The notes under the pieces were generated by a model, which had not been told where the DNA came from, did no database searches, and worked only from the letters and a program-made list of their open reading frames with translations. From positions 43,464,001 to 43,528,000 of the forward strand of contig CM052818.1 in assembly GCA_028534125.1 (NCBI GenBank): 64,000 bases of DNA, in the 5' to 3' direction. The translations under genes and the position numbers were made by a program. Of the stretch, positions 25,665 to 38,699 are shown one piece after another (position 1 is the first letter of the stretch; each line of letters opens with the position of its first letter). This stretch comes from Lama glama (taxonomy: Eukaryota).

Positions 25665-28600
25665 CCGTTCAAATTCAAACTAAGTGTATCTCATTGTGAT
25701 TTTAATTTACCTTTCATCAGTGAGTGAAGCTGAGTGCACACATATGAACACACAACACACACAATATGTAAAGGGTCTGTTGAAATTTTTGCCCCTCTGT
25801 ATTTTTTTTATTACTGAGTTTGAATGTTATTTATACATTCTGCGTACAAGTCTTTTATTATGTTTTTCAAACATTTTCTCCAGTATGTCATTTACTCCTT
25901 TATTTTCTTATCATTGAATTTTGGATAGCAGAGTTATCAATTTGTTGATGTTCAGTTTGTCATTTTGTTCTTTTTGTGTGTGTGGGTGGGTAGGTGGGTG
26001 TGTGTGTGTGTATGATTTTTGAGAAATTTTTGTCTAAACCCAGGTCTCGATATTTCTGTTGGATATGATTCTAGACATTTTATAGTTTTAGGTTTTACAT
26101 TTAGGCTTATGATAAATTTAAGTTAATTTTGTTTATGTAATGGTTGTGGGTCAAGGTTCATGTTTTGCATATGATGATTAAATGATTAAATAATTATCCA
26201 TTTAGTAATATTTGAGGGCTAAAATCTACCATTTTGTTAGTTGTTTTTTTCTATTCCACTTTTTAAAAATTATTCAGTTCCCTTTTTCTGCCTGCATTTG
26301 GATTAAATTTGTGTGTTTTTAAAATTTCATTGTATCTTCATTAGTGGCTTTTTACTTATTTTTTATGTGTTTTTTGTCTTGTTTAGTATAGTTTTGCAAT
26401 TGTCCTGGTTTTTATAATATGATTTTCTAATTAATCACAGTCTACTTTTTTGAAGAACAATGTGCACATTGGTAGAATTAAAATGATAATTGAGGAGCAC
26501 AAAATTTATTTATTATTTTAAAAATCGTGCTTGTTTCCTTTCCCACCACCTATTATATGAGTCAGGCTTCCAAAAAGTAACAGGCAAAGACTTTTCGGCT
26601 TGTTGATCACTGTGTTACGGGCTGTGGGAGATACCGTTGGAGGGGGAGCTTATGTGTTATCAGTTCACGTCTACGTGTCCAATATGTGGCATGACAGGTG
26701 TCAGATAAATACATTTTAAAGTTTTCTGCAGTTTAGTGTAGGCGTTGTGTTAAAGTAACCCAAGGTAAGACACTCTTTCTTGAGTGTAAGAGAATGGTCT
26801 TTTCCGCATTCTTTGCTTAATTGAACATTGTCCCTATTTACAGTGTATTTAAATGTGTGAATCAGAGTTTTGTTGATACTGAGCAACCAAAATGGAACCC
26901 AGAAATAATTAGTGTGTTACAGGCTTTATAATAGTGTAACACTCATAAATACCCTTCCCCAAATTCAAAATTATTCACTAAAATGAGCTTATTTTTCTAT
27001 ATGGTTTCTTATTACATAAATGTTATTCTTGTCATTGCATATAATATTTTAATTTTATTATATTATTAAAATCCTTTTTCTGTTATGTAAAATTATTTTG
27101 TTTATTAAAAAGTTCTCTATTATGCACATTTATGTATAAAATGCATAAAATTACATAAAAGGAGCATTTGACAAACATATTCTGCAATAAGAATGTAAAA
27201 TCCATGGAGGTACACGGTTTCTAAGATATTCTGAATTTTAATCTTTATTGATTTCCATGTCATGGGAAGAAATTTTAAAAAAATGAACTATATAAAGGTA
27301 CTATATTTGCAGTGTTGAGTTGCTGATAAGTTTCCTCAGTGAGGTCAGCTTCACACTGAGGTATAGAAAGTCCTTGCTTGTGGATGTAGAATATGGTGAT
27401 TTCATTAAGGAGGCCAAAGAAAGGCTTAAAGGGAATAGGTAAGAACCCACGGGTAGCAGAGAATATATTATGAAGATGAAAAATTTTAACATAAAACGTT
27501 AAAATTGAAAAATATGTACCAAAGCTGGCAAGTTGGAATTAAGGCTATGTGAAGACCTGGGTAAGCAGGGTCAGAAGCCCTTGGCACAGAGAAGTTAAAG
27601 TTACAACATCCACGTTGGAGATCATGGAACAGTAGAGTCCGGAGATGCAGGGGAAAGAACCGAATTTTCCAAAGTGGTTACTCTGTGCCTTAGATGTGAC
27701 TAGGTTAGATCACAAAAGTTACCACACATGTTACCACGTGGGAAGATTATGAGGGCTTTGGGTCCATCCCTCCGAAAATACTTTTGGAGTCTGCAAAAAA
27801 TTTTCTAATGTATGACCAACTGAAGTTCTGCACATCAACGAACTAAGTCTTAAGCTGTAGTTAGGGCTTTTTAGGCAAAACCCTTGGTTACCAGCTTTCT
27901 GAAAAATACTAGGTTCATTCTTATTTCCTTTATTTGTGTAAACAAAGAATGATTCTGGCAATTTTACCAAAATGAAACAAAGATTTCCTAATTATTTTCA
28001 CTGAAAAGTATCACAGCTTCACAAAAGGCAAAACTCATAATCAATAAACTTGACAATCAAACAAAATTAACTGCCATTTCTGTAGTAATTCTGCGACAGA
28101 TGGTTTCCTCTTTCCTTCTCTGCTTCCTAGATTAAGCTTGAAGGGAAAGAAAGACTTAAACATGGATTTAACTTGATTTAGTTGAAGTTAAGTTATAATG
28201 CAGTATTATGATAAAAATTAGTTACTTGGTTTTCTGGAACATGAAGATATTTGTCAAATCAGATAATTTTCAAAATTACGTATAAAAAATTAAGCATCAG
28301 CCTCATGATGAAAAATGTATTTAAAATCACCTTTTACAATTATTTATTTTATAAAATATATTTCTGTTCTGCACTACCATTTCAACTTTCTTTGCACAAT
28401 TACAGTGCCTTGGAGAAGAATAAGAATACAGGCAGTACTGTTTATAATGAAAGCAGTTCCAGTGATGTTATTAATGGCATCTTTTCAGCCTGTCTCACAT
28501 TTTAGGTGTGATGTTAAATGGATTTTCTAAAATCCAGGCCAGCGTTGTTATTAAGCATTGCAGCCCTTCTCTGGGTACAGAAAGGGTTCTCCAATATGTT

Positions 28601-28809
28601 AGAAAATTATCTTTTTAAATCTGTCTGTGTGACCTTTGGAAAGTAAAAATCAAATCTATTGGATTTATCATACACCTCTGGAAAAATAAGGCATTAAACT
28701 AGATTATTACTAAAGTCCTTGCCGGTTCTAATATTCTGCAACACTGACTTAGAGGAACATTTTCTCTTAACTTAAGGAGAGATAACTGACCTTTCTAGAG
28801 TGGCAAGTT

Positions 28810-28925
28810 GTGCAAATAGTATGCTGGGCATTTTACCTACACTTTTTCATTTAATTTCTCTCTGAATGTTGCAAAGCTTTTTACAGATGAGGAAATTGAA
28901 GCTCAGGGAGCTTAAATAGCTAGCA
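28810..28925 (-). mobile_element. MIR SINE remnant
   Basis: ttttacagatgaggaaattgaagctcagggagcttaaatagct. Confidence 0.75.
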
Positions 28926-31900
28926 ATCTACTCCAAAGCCCATGTTTTTTTCCCACTGCATTGGAAATAACACATTTTTCCCCCGGTGACATGCAGATCA
29001 GAGTATATAATAGAGCTGTGAGGGACACAAAATGTATCAAAAGTATTATAATTAGTAGCATTTATACATGAAATGTTAAAAACAATTTTTATTTTGAAAT
29101 TTCCTGTCATAAGCGATATTTAGTTTGATCTTTATGCAGTTCCCGTGGATTGCAGGGCGGTAGTGGAAAGAGCTCAGGGTTGAACCCAGAAAGCCCTGAC
29201 TGAAAACATCACATTTGTTGCTCCCCAGATCTATTATTTGATCACAATGTTGTTTCCCTGAGCTAAACTCCAACTTCATGGTATTCCCATTGTACTTTAT
29301 CTGTAATTCTGTTGTGGTAATCATGTTTTGATTTGTTTGTTGTTCAGTCTATATGTGACCGTCTTTTCAACCAACATATTTTGAACATTTAGAGGACAAA
29401 AACTTTATGTTGCTGATGAATAAGAACAAACATGCATTAGATGAGTCATAAAAAAAGTTTTGTTAAGCTGTGTTGCGGTTCTCTCTACGGTAGATGTAAA
29501 CACTAATGACCAGAGGGACCAGCTGCAGTAAGTCACAGAGAGAATGTCAGAGACAGATTTGGAAAACCATCGTTCTACTGGTAATAAGGGGACACTTATG
29601 TCACATGTACTTTTTGCATAAGCCCCAGTGTTGTTCTTTGCTGTTTTTGCACAGTGGGCATTAAGGAGGATTATGTCTTTGAAACTGCCATTTGTGATTA
29701 AGAATAAACAATAACCCTGCTCATCACTTCTGTGTGCACAGTTGGGAGACAGCAGTCACCTTGAAGGAGCTTTCCGTGATTATGGGAGGAGTCAGTTAGG
29801 GGGCTTTTTCTTTATCAGTGTGCAAATATAAGTTGCGTAGATAAGCAGTTGCTTGGGTGGAAGGGTGTAACTGATTTGCTGTGGCTTGGAGAGAACTGCC
29901 TGCCATTCCCAAGAGCCCTGGGCACAGGTACTGTTGAGAGGAAATGAACCATTCATATACAGAGCACCCTGACTTCCAGGAAGGAAGGGCACAGGATGCC
30001 AGTCCCAGGTGAGGAAAGCTATTTGTATGAACTGAGTGACCCTATAATTGATCTGCTGGGAAGAAAAAGATAACAAGGGTCTGAAAACAGAACTCCATAA
30101 GAGAGAAATCTGAACTTTTACCTGTGCTGGACACAGAGGCTTGGTGAAAGATGGCTGGTGAGAGCCTGTGAAAGTTAAACGAGAAATGGCGAAGGGGGCT
30201 GAGCAGAGTCAATGGAAAGAGCTATACCTGTGAAGTCTGACAAGACGCAGCGTGATGTTGCCAAGAGGAGTTTGTTTTTGCAAAACTGTTATTGTCACAG
30301 ACGGCATTAGTCAGACTGTGTGGAAACAGTCCTTTAAATGGCACCTTGTAGCAACAGCCAAAGCACTTACGGAAATGGGTTGATTTAACGTTTTCTTGAG
30401 AGAATAAAAACTTCCTCTTAAGTGGGAAAATGGGTGTTTGAATGTCAGTTTTTAAATGTAGGAGATGTTAAAGGGTCTTTGTTTTGGGGTAGTTGAGCCT
30501 TTCTGATACTTAGCATTCGTCATGCCGGGGCAGGCAGAATAAGGACACAGGGGCCATTGGGGTCAAAGAAAGCTTGTTAGTACCCTTTTAAGTTGAAAAC
30601 TTCTCATTTGACAACTAGGTCGGGTGGAAGATAGGTTTCTCTTCATTCCAAGTTTGATTGCACCGGTTACCTCTGCACCTGACAGGCAAGAGGCATACTT
30701 CTGGTCCACAGTGGATCCAGTCTCTGCCTTCAAGAGACTTACCTCTCCAGGAGTAAGCTTTGCCCATAGAGAGCCATGATTAGATGTATAAAGAAGCTGT
30801 TTGGAATAATCACTAGGAAAATCTAGGGAATTTTGAAGAAGGAAAGGATTCCATCCAGTTAGTGTGAATGTTTCAATAGAGGGAATCGTAACTGAAAAAG
30901 TCCATGAACAAGACATGGAATCCAACAGAAAAAGAAAATAGGGGTCCTACTCAGTTCTCCATTCTTTTTTCTTAGGAACCAAAGAGAATGTGATGTTTTC
31001 ACTATTTTCCTTGGCAAAGTGCTTTTGTACGTAGGAAAAAAAGTTTATGTGGCAAAAAATATATACATAACATATAGATATTAATTCATATATAGAGAAA
31101 CAAACTTATTCTGCAGAAACCAAGCCAGTTTCTTTGCATATAGCAATTATTTTCCCTCGAAAACTAAACTACTTTACAGAAATGAGGCAGTAAGTTTTAG
31201 GAGCATCTTAAGTCGAGTATTATAGCTTTAAAAATGTTTTGGAATCAAATTCAAGACTGCGGTATTCAGTAGGTTTTAATTTCACTTCACTGAAATGGGT
31301 TTTTCATTATTTTGGTGCCATTGAAGGCAAACTCTCAGAAACTGCTGAATGATATGTCTCCTTTTGGTAAGAGAATCATTGCTTGCTGCTCTGTCTTGTG
31401 AATGTCTGAGCTCTCCTCCTGCTGAATATTTATTCTTTTAATGGATTTTAATCTTCATTCAGATTGTCAAGAATAACTGTATATAAAAGGAACTCAGTAT
31501 AAAGAATGGTAGTCTTTGTATTTTTTTCCCCTTGTACTGAATCTGTAAAGGAATGATTGCAATTGTTACTTCCTTCCTCTTGGTGAGTCTGCATCAGCTT
31601 TCACCAGGCCTCTGCTCTCCTGGGAGTTACAACAGTGCTAGATGCTGGTCTAACAGACCATGGGAATAAATGCCTCCATAATCACGCCATATTTTAATTT
31701 AAATATTTTGCACAACTGCTTTGCATTAACATTTTTGGAAACAAGTTTAATGAAATCCTTCTTTACTAAAGTAAAGCTTAATTCAGAATGCTCACTAAAG
31801 CTGTTGTCCATGTAGCAAATGACAAAGTCCACTGTTGCAGGCACTGATTACATATCAAAGACTGAGGAATATTTGAAGCATGTTAAATCCTCCTTTCTGC

Positions 31901-32290
31901 CCTTCCCCCACAAAATAATATTCCTCAGTCATACTATCATTAGTTTGTATCTCACAATTCCAGCGAGAAAATAAATAACCTAACATAGTTAGGACCTGAG
32001 ATAATCCCCGTATCTGAGTCAGCCTGCAATTCTCTGATAGGTAAATAATGCAAATACAGATAAATGATAATGACAGATATGATGTGATTCCACTGGACTT
32101 ACTTTTAAATAGGGATGAACATCAGACATTGTAAACTACCTTAAGGCCTCAGCAGAGACTATTTCGTTTAGAAAGATTACAGGAAAATTCTGAATTTTGC
32201 TTCTTCAAAAGAAAACTAGGAGCATTCTTCAACTGTGAGAAGGAAAAGTTGTGCTAGTAACCATACCCTCCTTTTCACCTTGCACCTTAG

Positions 32291-32338
32291 ACTATTCCGA
32301 GCAGAATTTAACAGCGCTGAGTAGCTATGTGGATTCAG
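32291..32338 (+). other. Candidate 48-nt cassette exon of an unidentified gene (phase 1-1; xYSEQNLTALSSYVDS)
   Basis: Branch-like TAAC, AG-free pyrimidine tract, TTAG acceptor, CAG|GTGGGC donor, single open frame, TGCATG at 32403-32408; no homology recognised. Confidence 0.3.
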
Positions 32339-32447
32339 GTGGGCTTGTTTAAGATCATTGTTAGAGTTCCCCGATCCAGACTGTAATCGTGTGATTAGCT
32401 TTTGCATGGAATACATTTGTTTATCCTTTTTACTTTTTATAAGCTGA

Positions 32448-32493
32448 GTGTGTGTGTGTGTGTGCGCGCGTGTGCGCAGGTGCGCACGCACGT
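32448..32493. repeat. Alternating purine-pyrimidine tract (GT)n/(GC)n
   Basis: gtgtgtgtgtgtgtgtgcgcgcgtgtgcgcaggtgcgcacgcacgt. Confidence 0.9.
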
Positions 32494-33569
32494 TTACTGT
32501 AATTCAAATCGGTTTCAGGGGAGGGGAAGAATAGGAGTGATTTAATCTAAATTAATTATGTTAATCTTCAGTGAAATACAAGGACGAGAGAGTTATGGTA
32601 CTTTAGAGATGAAAAGCCCAACTTTCAGACAAGTTAAATAGTTCCTAGTGTCACTTCATTACAGGGATTCAACCCAAGTGTCCAAGTGCTAACTCAGTGC
32701 TTTCCCCACTCTGCCGGCTGAGCAGCCTTGAGGAAATAAGGACAATAAAGACACAAACCTAAACGCTCATCAGAACAGTGTCAAAAATATGGTGCCATAA
32801 TTGCCTTCGCTATTAATTCTTGTTAGGGTTTAACAGTTGTCTTTGTCTAAAGACCCAACTGGATGAAGTTTTTACTTAAAAAGAAAATAGGCAAGAGAGA
32901 AATAAAAGTAGTGAAGAAAGATGGTCAAAGTCAGGAGGGTAGTGAAGCAGAGGGCAGATGATGGCAAATGCCCAGTGTCAGCCTAGGGTGATTTGAGTCA
33001 AGTGCCAGGCTTGGACGAAGCTGCACAGTCCCAGGTGCAGATTAATTTGTTTCCCTAAGTGCCTCAGGGGCTTTCTCCATGGAATTCTGCCTCTTGGGAA
33101 ATCTTCCTTCCTTTCTCCTTCACTTTGTTACTGCATCCTCTAGCTGTGGTCCTGGCCAAGCAGGTCACCCAATGCCCGGAGCCCAGAAAGTTCATAATGC
33201 TGAAAAGAGAGGAAAGTCTTTTATCTTATTTGTTATCTTTGAGGCTAATTAGTATGCAAAGGTCCCAGAATCTACTCTGTTTTCAACTGTCTGTGAAATA
33301 ACCAGGACAACTCGGTTCGACCCATCCTTTTTCCCTTGGGATACCCATAGGTAAGCTGTGTGAGTGATGTGCATTTTCCTAAGGCTATTTTAGCTAGCTG
33401 GCAGGAGCATTAGAGGCAGGTCATTTATGTGAACACAAGCAGTGTAAAGACTGTTAAAATTATGGAAAGTTTCTATAGCTTGTCGTAAAAATAAAACACT
33501 CCTCTAGTACTGCTCCAGAATAGCCATGAAATTGAATGCCTGTTGATGCAGGGAGAACACAAGGTACAT

Positions 33570-33790
33570 GATTAATGCTGAAAGAAAGCACTTGAAAAAT
33601 TGAAGATTTTGCATTTAAAGATCCAGATTTCTAGCTTTTCTTGAAAAAGTGGAAGCTCTAACAAAACTTTGGGCTACATTTTAGCATGACATTTTTCCAA
33701 CTGAACCTGGACTAAACATTGGATGTCCCTTTAGGTAGAGAATGAACTGTCCAGTTTTCTGCAGTCCCTACTAAAAGCACAATACAATCA
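33570..33790 (+). mobile_element. hAT-Charlie DNA transposon, MER102-like
   Basis: ttttgcatttaaagatccagatttctagcttttcttgaaaaagtggaagctctaacaa...ccctttaggtagag...tccagttttctgcagtccctacta matches the recalled MER102; strand label tentative. Confidence 0.7.
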
Positions 33791-34199
33791 TTTCAACTTG
33801 AACTTCGTTATCTTCTCTCAGTGATGTTAATTATCACTTCTTCTGGTTATTGGATTTTAATTTATATTACCCACATTTTTATGATGGGAATCTAAAAGAT
33901 CGGAGAAAGTAAGTAAGACTCCAGGATCAGATGATCATTAGAGTTCAGACACAGGTGCCTGTGACATATCCTGAAGATGTGAGTTAGAACCATGGCTGAA
34001 TACTTACTCTGGAGAAAACACTTTTTATCGAGTGTTATGGGGGTCTGAGTGTGAGACTGTGAGTCCCTCCCAGGTAATATGAGTCAGTAGCCCCTCTGAG
34101 ACTCAGCTTCCTCAGTTGTTCCTTCCCACAATAATATTCTGTGTTTCTCTCTCCTCCTTTCCAAACTGCAACACACCTAGCTATGAGTTCCCTCCGAGA

Positions 34200-34523
34200 A
34201 ATTTCCTACAAGTTTAGGATTCTTTATGCTCAGACTTCTTCATCCTGGCCAAACTTTCTCCCTTGGTTCAATTGTCCCCTCCTTTCTGAATTCTTTTCTG
34301 ACCTGTATAGATAGAATAAATTGTGTTTTTTTGTCTTTAATGTTATGATTGTTTTGCTATATTATTCACCATATTTTATTAGAGCTCCTTGTTTATGTTT
34401 CTTTGTATTTTACTAGATTTTGAACTACTAACAATAGGCATTTTGTGCTGCATTGAATTCCTGGAAGCTACCACAGCATATGGCAATTAAGAACATTTTG
34501 AGTAAATTGGTAGGCTGAATAAA
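34200..34523 (+). mobile_element. L2 3' fragment
   Basis: tactagattttgaactact...ccacagcatatggcaattaagaacattttgagtaaattggtaggctgaataaa. Confidence 0.6.
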
Positions 34524-35992
34524 GTAGCATATCAATAAAATAATACATGCAGTTCTGTGTTAATCTTGAGTTATTTAATAGTCAATTATTTTTATAACCA
34601 ATTCCTTGGTTTTATTTCAGTGTTTTGTGTCTGAGTGCCATAAGAACAAATAGTTGAATATATTTGAAATAATCAAAATTTTAAGTTGCTTAATAAGGCA
34701 AAAATTGGTGAGATTAAGATAAATATAGATCAGAGTTGTTACGCTGAAAGCTATTCTAATAACATATGAATAGTTTTAAAGATTTGGTTTCAAGAAGCAA
34801 GGGTACTACTGCTTTTGTATCCAACTAGTGAGTGAATTAAACTTTGTATTTTGCATCATGTGACTGTAAGAATCAATTCTCAAACGTATCATTATGTGAA
34901 AAAAAGAATCAGACCTGAATTACCATGCATACCTATCTGGACTTTTAAATAAGCTAAGGGGACATTTATTGAACATATTCCCCACTCTTGCAAGACTAGG
35001 AGATGAAAGGCTAAAGACATTCCTTTTTTTCAATGACGAAGGGTGATAAGTCAACAGAACTTTGTAATTAAACATCAAAAATGATATAACAGTGGTATTC
35101 TGTTAATTAGCTCTGTGTCCTTTGGTAAGTGTTGTAATCTACTTGTTTTAATGGCTTCATCTGTGAAGCAAGTTAATTGAATTAGATACAATTCGGGGAT
35201 TCTTTTAGCTCTAGGACTTAAACCACTTCTATGGAAGGATCATCTAATTTCTTTAAATCCAAACATGTTTCTGAAAGCAGAGTAGATATTAGCTTTTTAA
35301 ATATTGTTAATATGTGTGCAAATCTACAATTCCAAAATGATATTTGAGGCATCCCAGAGAACCACGGAGAGGACTCTGAGGGACAATTTAATTGTTTTGA
35401 GAAAAAGGGAGAGATATTCAATATCTATTAGGAACTACGCTAGTTTGAGATACTTCATAGTTTCAACATTGGATCCAATTGGATATTTTTCAGTGATGCC
35501 ATAGCTTTGTGAAGCTGGGTTTTCACTGGTTGCTATAATAATAAGCGAGTACCAATATAAAGCAAGAAAACCAGAGTGGAATAGCAAATAAAGATGATGG
35601 TGTCTAATCTGATTCCAAGGCTTGAGAGAGAGTACAGAGCCCAAAAGGCACATTTAGTATCAGTAATTATGATTATTTAAGAATGAAATTCTTCTCATAT
35701 GACAAATAATTTTTTAGAACCCTACTTAGCTATTGGGATATAAATACTCACTACATTTTTGAAACTTTTTAATAAATAAATGGAACTGTTAGGTACTTCT
35801 TTGACCTAAGATGTGCCATGAAAAAAAAAAGAAGTACTAAGATGTTAAAGACACCAAAGTTTGAAAACAACTGGTAAAAGTCACTTCAAATAGATTTCTC
35901 TGTTATCATACAGAAAGTGAGTACAGTATTTTTTATAATAGCCATGTTGAAGTCAAACTTTCATTCAACAGATACAAATATTTGTTTTGAGA

Positions 35993-36035
35993 ATATATAT
36001 ATAAATATATACATATATATACACACACATACACA
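35993..36035. repeat. (AT)n/(AC)n compound microsatellite
   Basis: Directly visible. Confidence 0.85.
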
Positions 36036-37164
36036 TGTAGTTCGGTAACTAGTTAATGGCTGGCTATTCCATGGGTCTACATTATCTACACTGTTGGTAC
36101 CAAGATTCACTAATTGTCATTCCCTAATCCTTCTGCAAAGAACATATTCCTATAGAAAGGTTAAATAGAAAAGAAACAGCAGCTGCTAAACAGTTTCCAT
36201 GATTATGGAAATGAGGTGTGATCGCCATTCTCCTGGTGAATTGCCAGTATGTCCAGCTGGTAGAAACAAGTGGCCAGCTAGGCGTAGAAAGGGGCACTGT
36301 TGATTTTTACCAAAGACTTGGAAATGAAGCTTTTATGATGTGAATAAGGCATTTTTCTATGCATATACTCTATTGTCCAACTTCTCTTTCCTTATCAAAA
36401 TGTTGTCTAGTCATCGAAGTAAACACAGGGAGCACAGACATGATGTAAAATAATTACAAATAATTTATAGTTTTATCACTTTTATGCACTGCTAACATGT
36501 TGAAGGGTACCGTTTAACTCTTATTGCTTTCCCATTAAAGGATGTTTTGAAATACTACTGCAGTCATGCTGACTGTAAAATTATTCCATTCTTCACCACA
36601 AGCATTTTCTGCATAAGGATGTACTCTTTATAAAAAATTGTTTAAATTATGGCATGTTGTTCTAATAAGCAGAATTACCATAAATAACTAAGCTATTTTT
36701 AAAATTATAAAACATTAAGTTTTTGTTTCAAGAATCTCACTATGGTAACTATTGCTAGTATCAGTTAAACATGGTGGATATATAGGTATATGTAGTCGAC
36801 TCTCCAGAATCCACCCTAAGCTGACAATAAAATAATGAAAAACACATAACCTCAAAATTAAAGTGGGAGAGAATGAGGTAGAAGATGACAGCAGATGAAA
36901 GATTGAGAGAAAAGTCTGGAAATTGTAAGATGGACAGATGATTTGTACTTTGCTTATGAGATTGGAGAAAGCAGAATCTTAAACCCACAGCAACCACTCA
37001 TTTCAAGGGGAGTTTGGAAATGTGCTTTCTCAATATTCTGAATAAGAGCAGCTTTGGATACAGGGATAAAAGGCAACACTGAAAGAAGTGGGGATCTATC
37101 TAATAAAAAATATATTTATATATTATATATACATAGATAAAAAATTCAAAATTTGAGTTACTAG

Positions 37165-37868
37165 TGTCAACAATGCCCCTTCAGTAATTGATATAATATA
37201 TAGAAAATTAATAAAAATATATAAGACTTAAGAAGCACTATTAGCCAACTCAACTTAATTGAAATCACTCCACTGCCAACAGAAAATACATTTTATTTTC
37301 AAATCGAAGTGAAACAGTCATCAAGATAGACCATATGGTGGGGCAAAAAAGGGCTCTCAATAAGTTGAGAAGATTGCAAATGTACAGAGTTTATTTTAGA
37401 ATCACAAAATAACCTGGAAATTGATAACAAAACAATATGTGTAAAAAATCCCCAAATGTTTGGACAACTACATGTAAGTAACTGAAAGTCAAAGAAGAAA
37501 TCAAAAGGAAAATTTAAAGATTTTTAACTGAAAGAATATTTGTGGGATGCAGCTAAAAAAGTGACTAGAGGAAAATTTAGTGCTTTCAATTATTATATTA
37601 AAAGAGAGGAAAGGTTTAAAACCAATGACCTTTAGAAGCTGGAGAAACAAAATAAAAATAACAACATCAACGGAGAAAAAAATAAAAAATGAGAGTTGAA
37701 ACAGATTAAAGAGAAAAAACCTAACAATAGAGAAAATTCAGTGAAAATGAAAGTAGCTGTTCAGAAATCTTGAACTAAATTCATAAACCTCTGGCTAAAC
37801 TGATCCAAAAAGAAAATACAAGAGAAAACACAGATTACCAATTTATGGAATGAAAGAATGGACTTCAC
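37165..37868 (+). mobile_element. Old L1M ORF2 fragment (endonuclease C-terminal region onward)
   Basis: atcaagatagaccatatggtggggc (IKIDHMVG, endonuclease RIDH-type motif); ttgtgggatgcagctaaa (LWDAAK); aaacctctggctaaactgatc (KPLAKLI). Confidence 0.85.
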
Positions 37869-38690
37869 GGGCTTCTACTTCTGGAATGGTGGGTGAGAAG
37901 AGGGGCACACTCTCAAAAAAAAAAATAAGCATTAAACCAGAAAAAAGGTTACCAAAACTGATCCTCTATAATTTCTGAAAATTTTTCTAAGGGTGTACTA
38001 CAATGTAAAATGTAAAAACTTTTATTCAAAACATTCTGATTAACATCAGTAAGAATGGCAAGAGTCATCGGAATTTGATCCACAAACCCTTCTGTCCCCC
38101 CCCACCGGAGTGCCATCTTACGGAAACTACTCTTGGGGGTTTATGGCAGGAAGGGGTAGCCGAGCAGCTGGGATGGGGGAAGGAAGTTCCTGTCACCTTC
38201 AGGTTCCCAGTCTGCGTTTCACTACGGGAGAGGAGGCCGCTAGTCCTGTCCATGTGTCACAGCCGCGTGATGCAGAAGCTCTTCTAGCTGGTACAGCTTA
38301 GAGGACTGAGACAAAGCGCCTCTCCTCCACCCAGCCCTTGCTCCTGGCTAGAAGTTCTGCTTTAAACCTGGCAGGCTGAGAATACTCAACCTCGGTCACC
38401 CCTGATCCAGCACACTTACAGGGTGGAGGTCCCATGCCTCCGTGGACAAGCTGAGAGGAACAGGGGCTGTCACTGCCACTGCCCCCAAGCACCCACTCAC
38501 AGAGCAGGGGTGTCACTCTGCGGGTGGCAGGGCACTGCTGTTGAATCCCATTCCTGTGCGGTGTTGCAGAGCTTCTGCTTAGAGGTAGCGATTTCTCAGA
38601 GCTCAGCACCTTTGCCCAAGGGTACAAACCTTGTCTGAAACAAAGTACTGAAAATTCCATGCCTGAGGGTGTGTGACAAAAGTTTTTTTT
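37869..38690 (+). mobile_element. L1MC/L1MD-type 5' end (5'UTR) fragment
   Basis: Starts ggcttctacttctggaatgg; tctgaaaatttttctaagggtgtac...tttattcaa...cagtaagaatggcaagagtc resembles the recalled L1MC/MD 5' consensus; GC-richer than flanks. Confidence 0.6.
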
Positions 38691-38699
38691 TTTTAACTC

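Larger units (their letters stand above)
24130..26450 (-). mobile_element. Old L1M (L1MC/ME-like) 3' and ORF2 fragments hosting two LTR insertions
   Basis: Reverse L1 3'UTR motifs (ttttctagaatgtcatataaatggagtcatacag; gtagctgtaccattttgcatattcaccagcaatg; ttttatagttttaggttttacatttagg) resume on both sides of each LTR. Confidence 0.8.

Noticed and set aside
26732..26764. 33-nt exon-like unit with AAG|GTAAGA donor
   Set aside because: Stops in all frames and a short pyrimidine tract
30563..30925. 120-aa minus ORF with a GAG|GTAAGT donor
   Set aside because: gtctctgccttcaagagacttac matches the common reverse L2 3' motif, which would supply the apparent donor; peptide unrecognised
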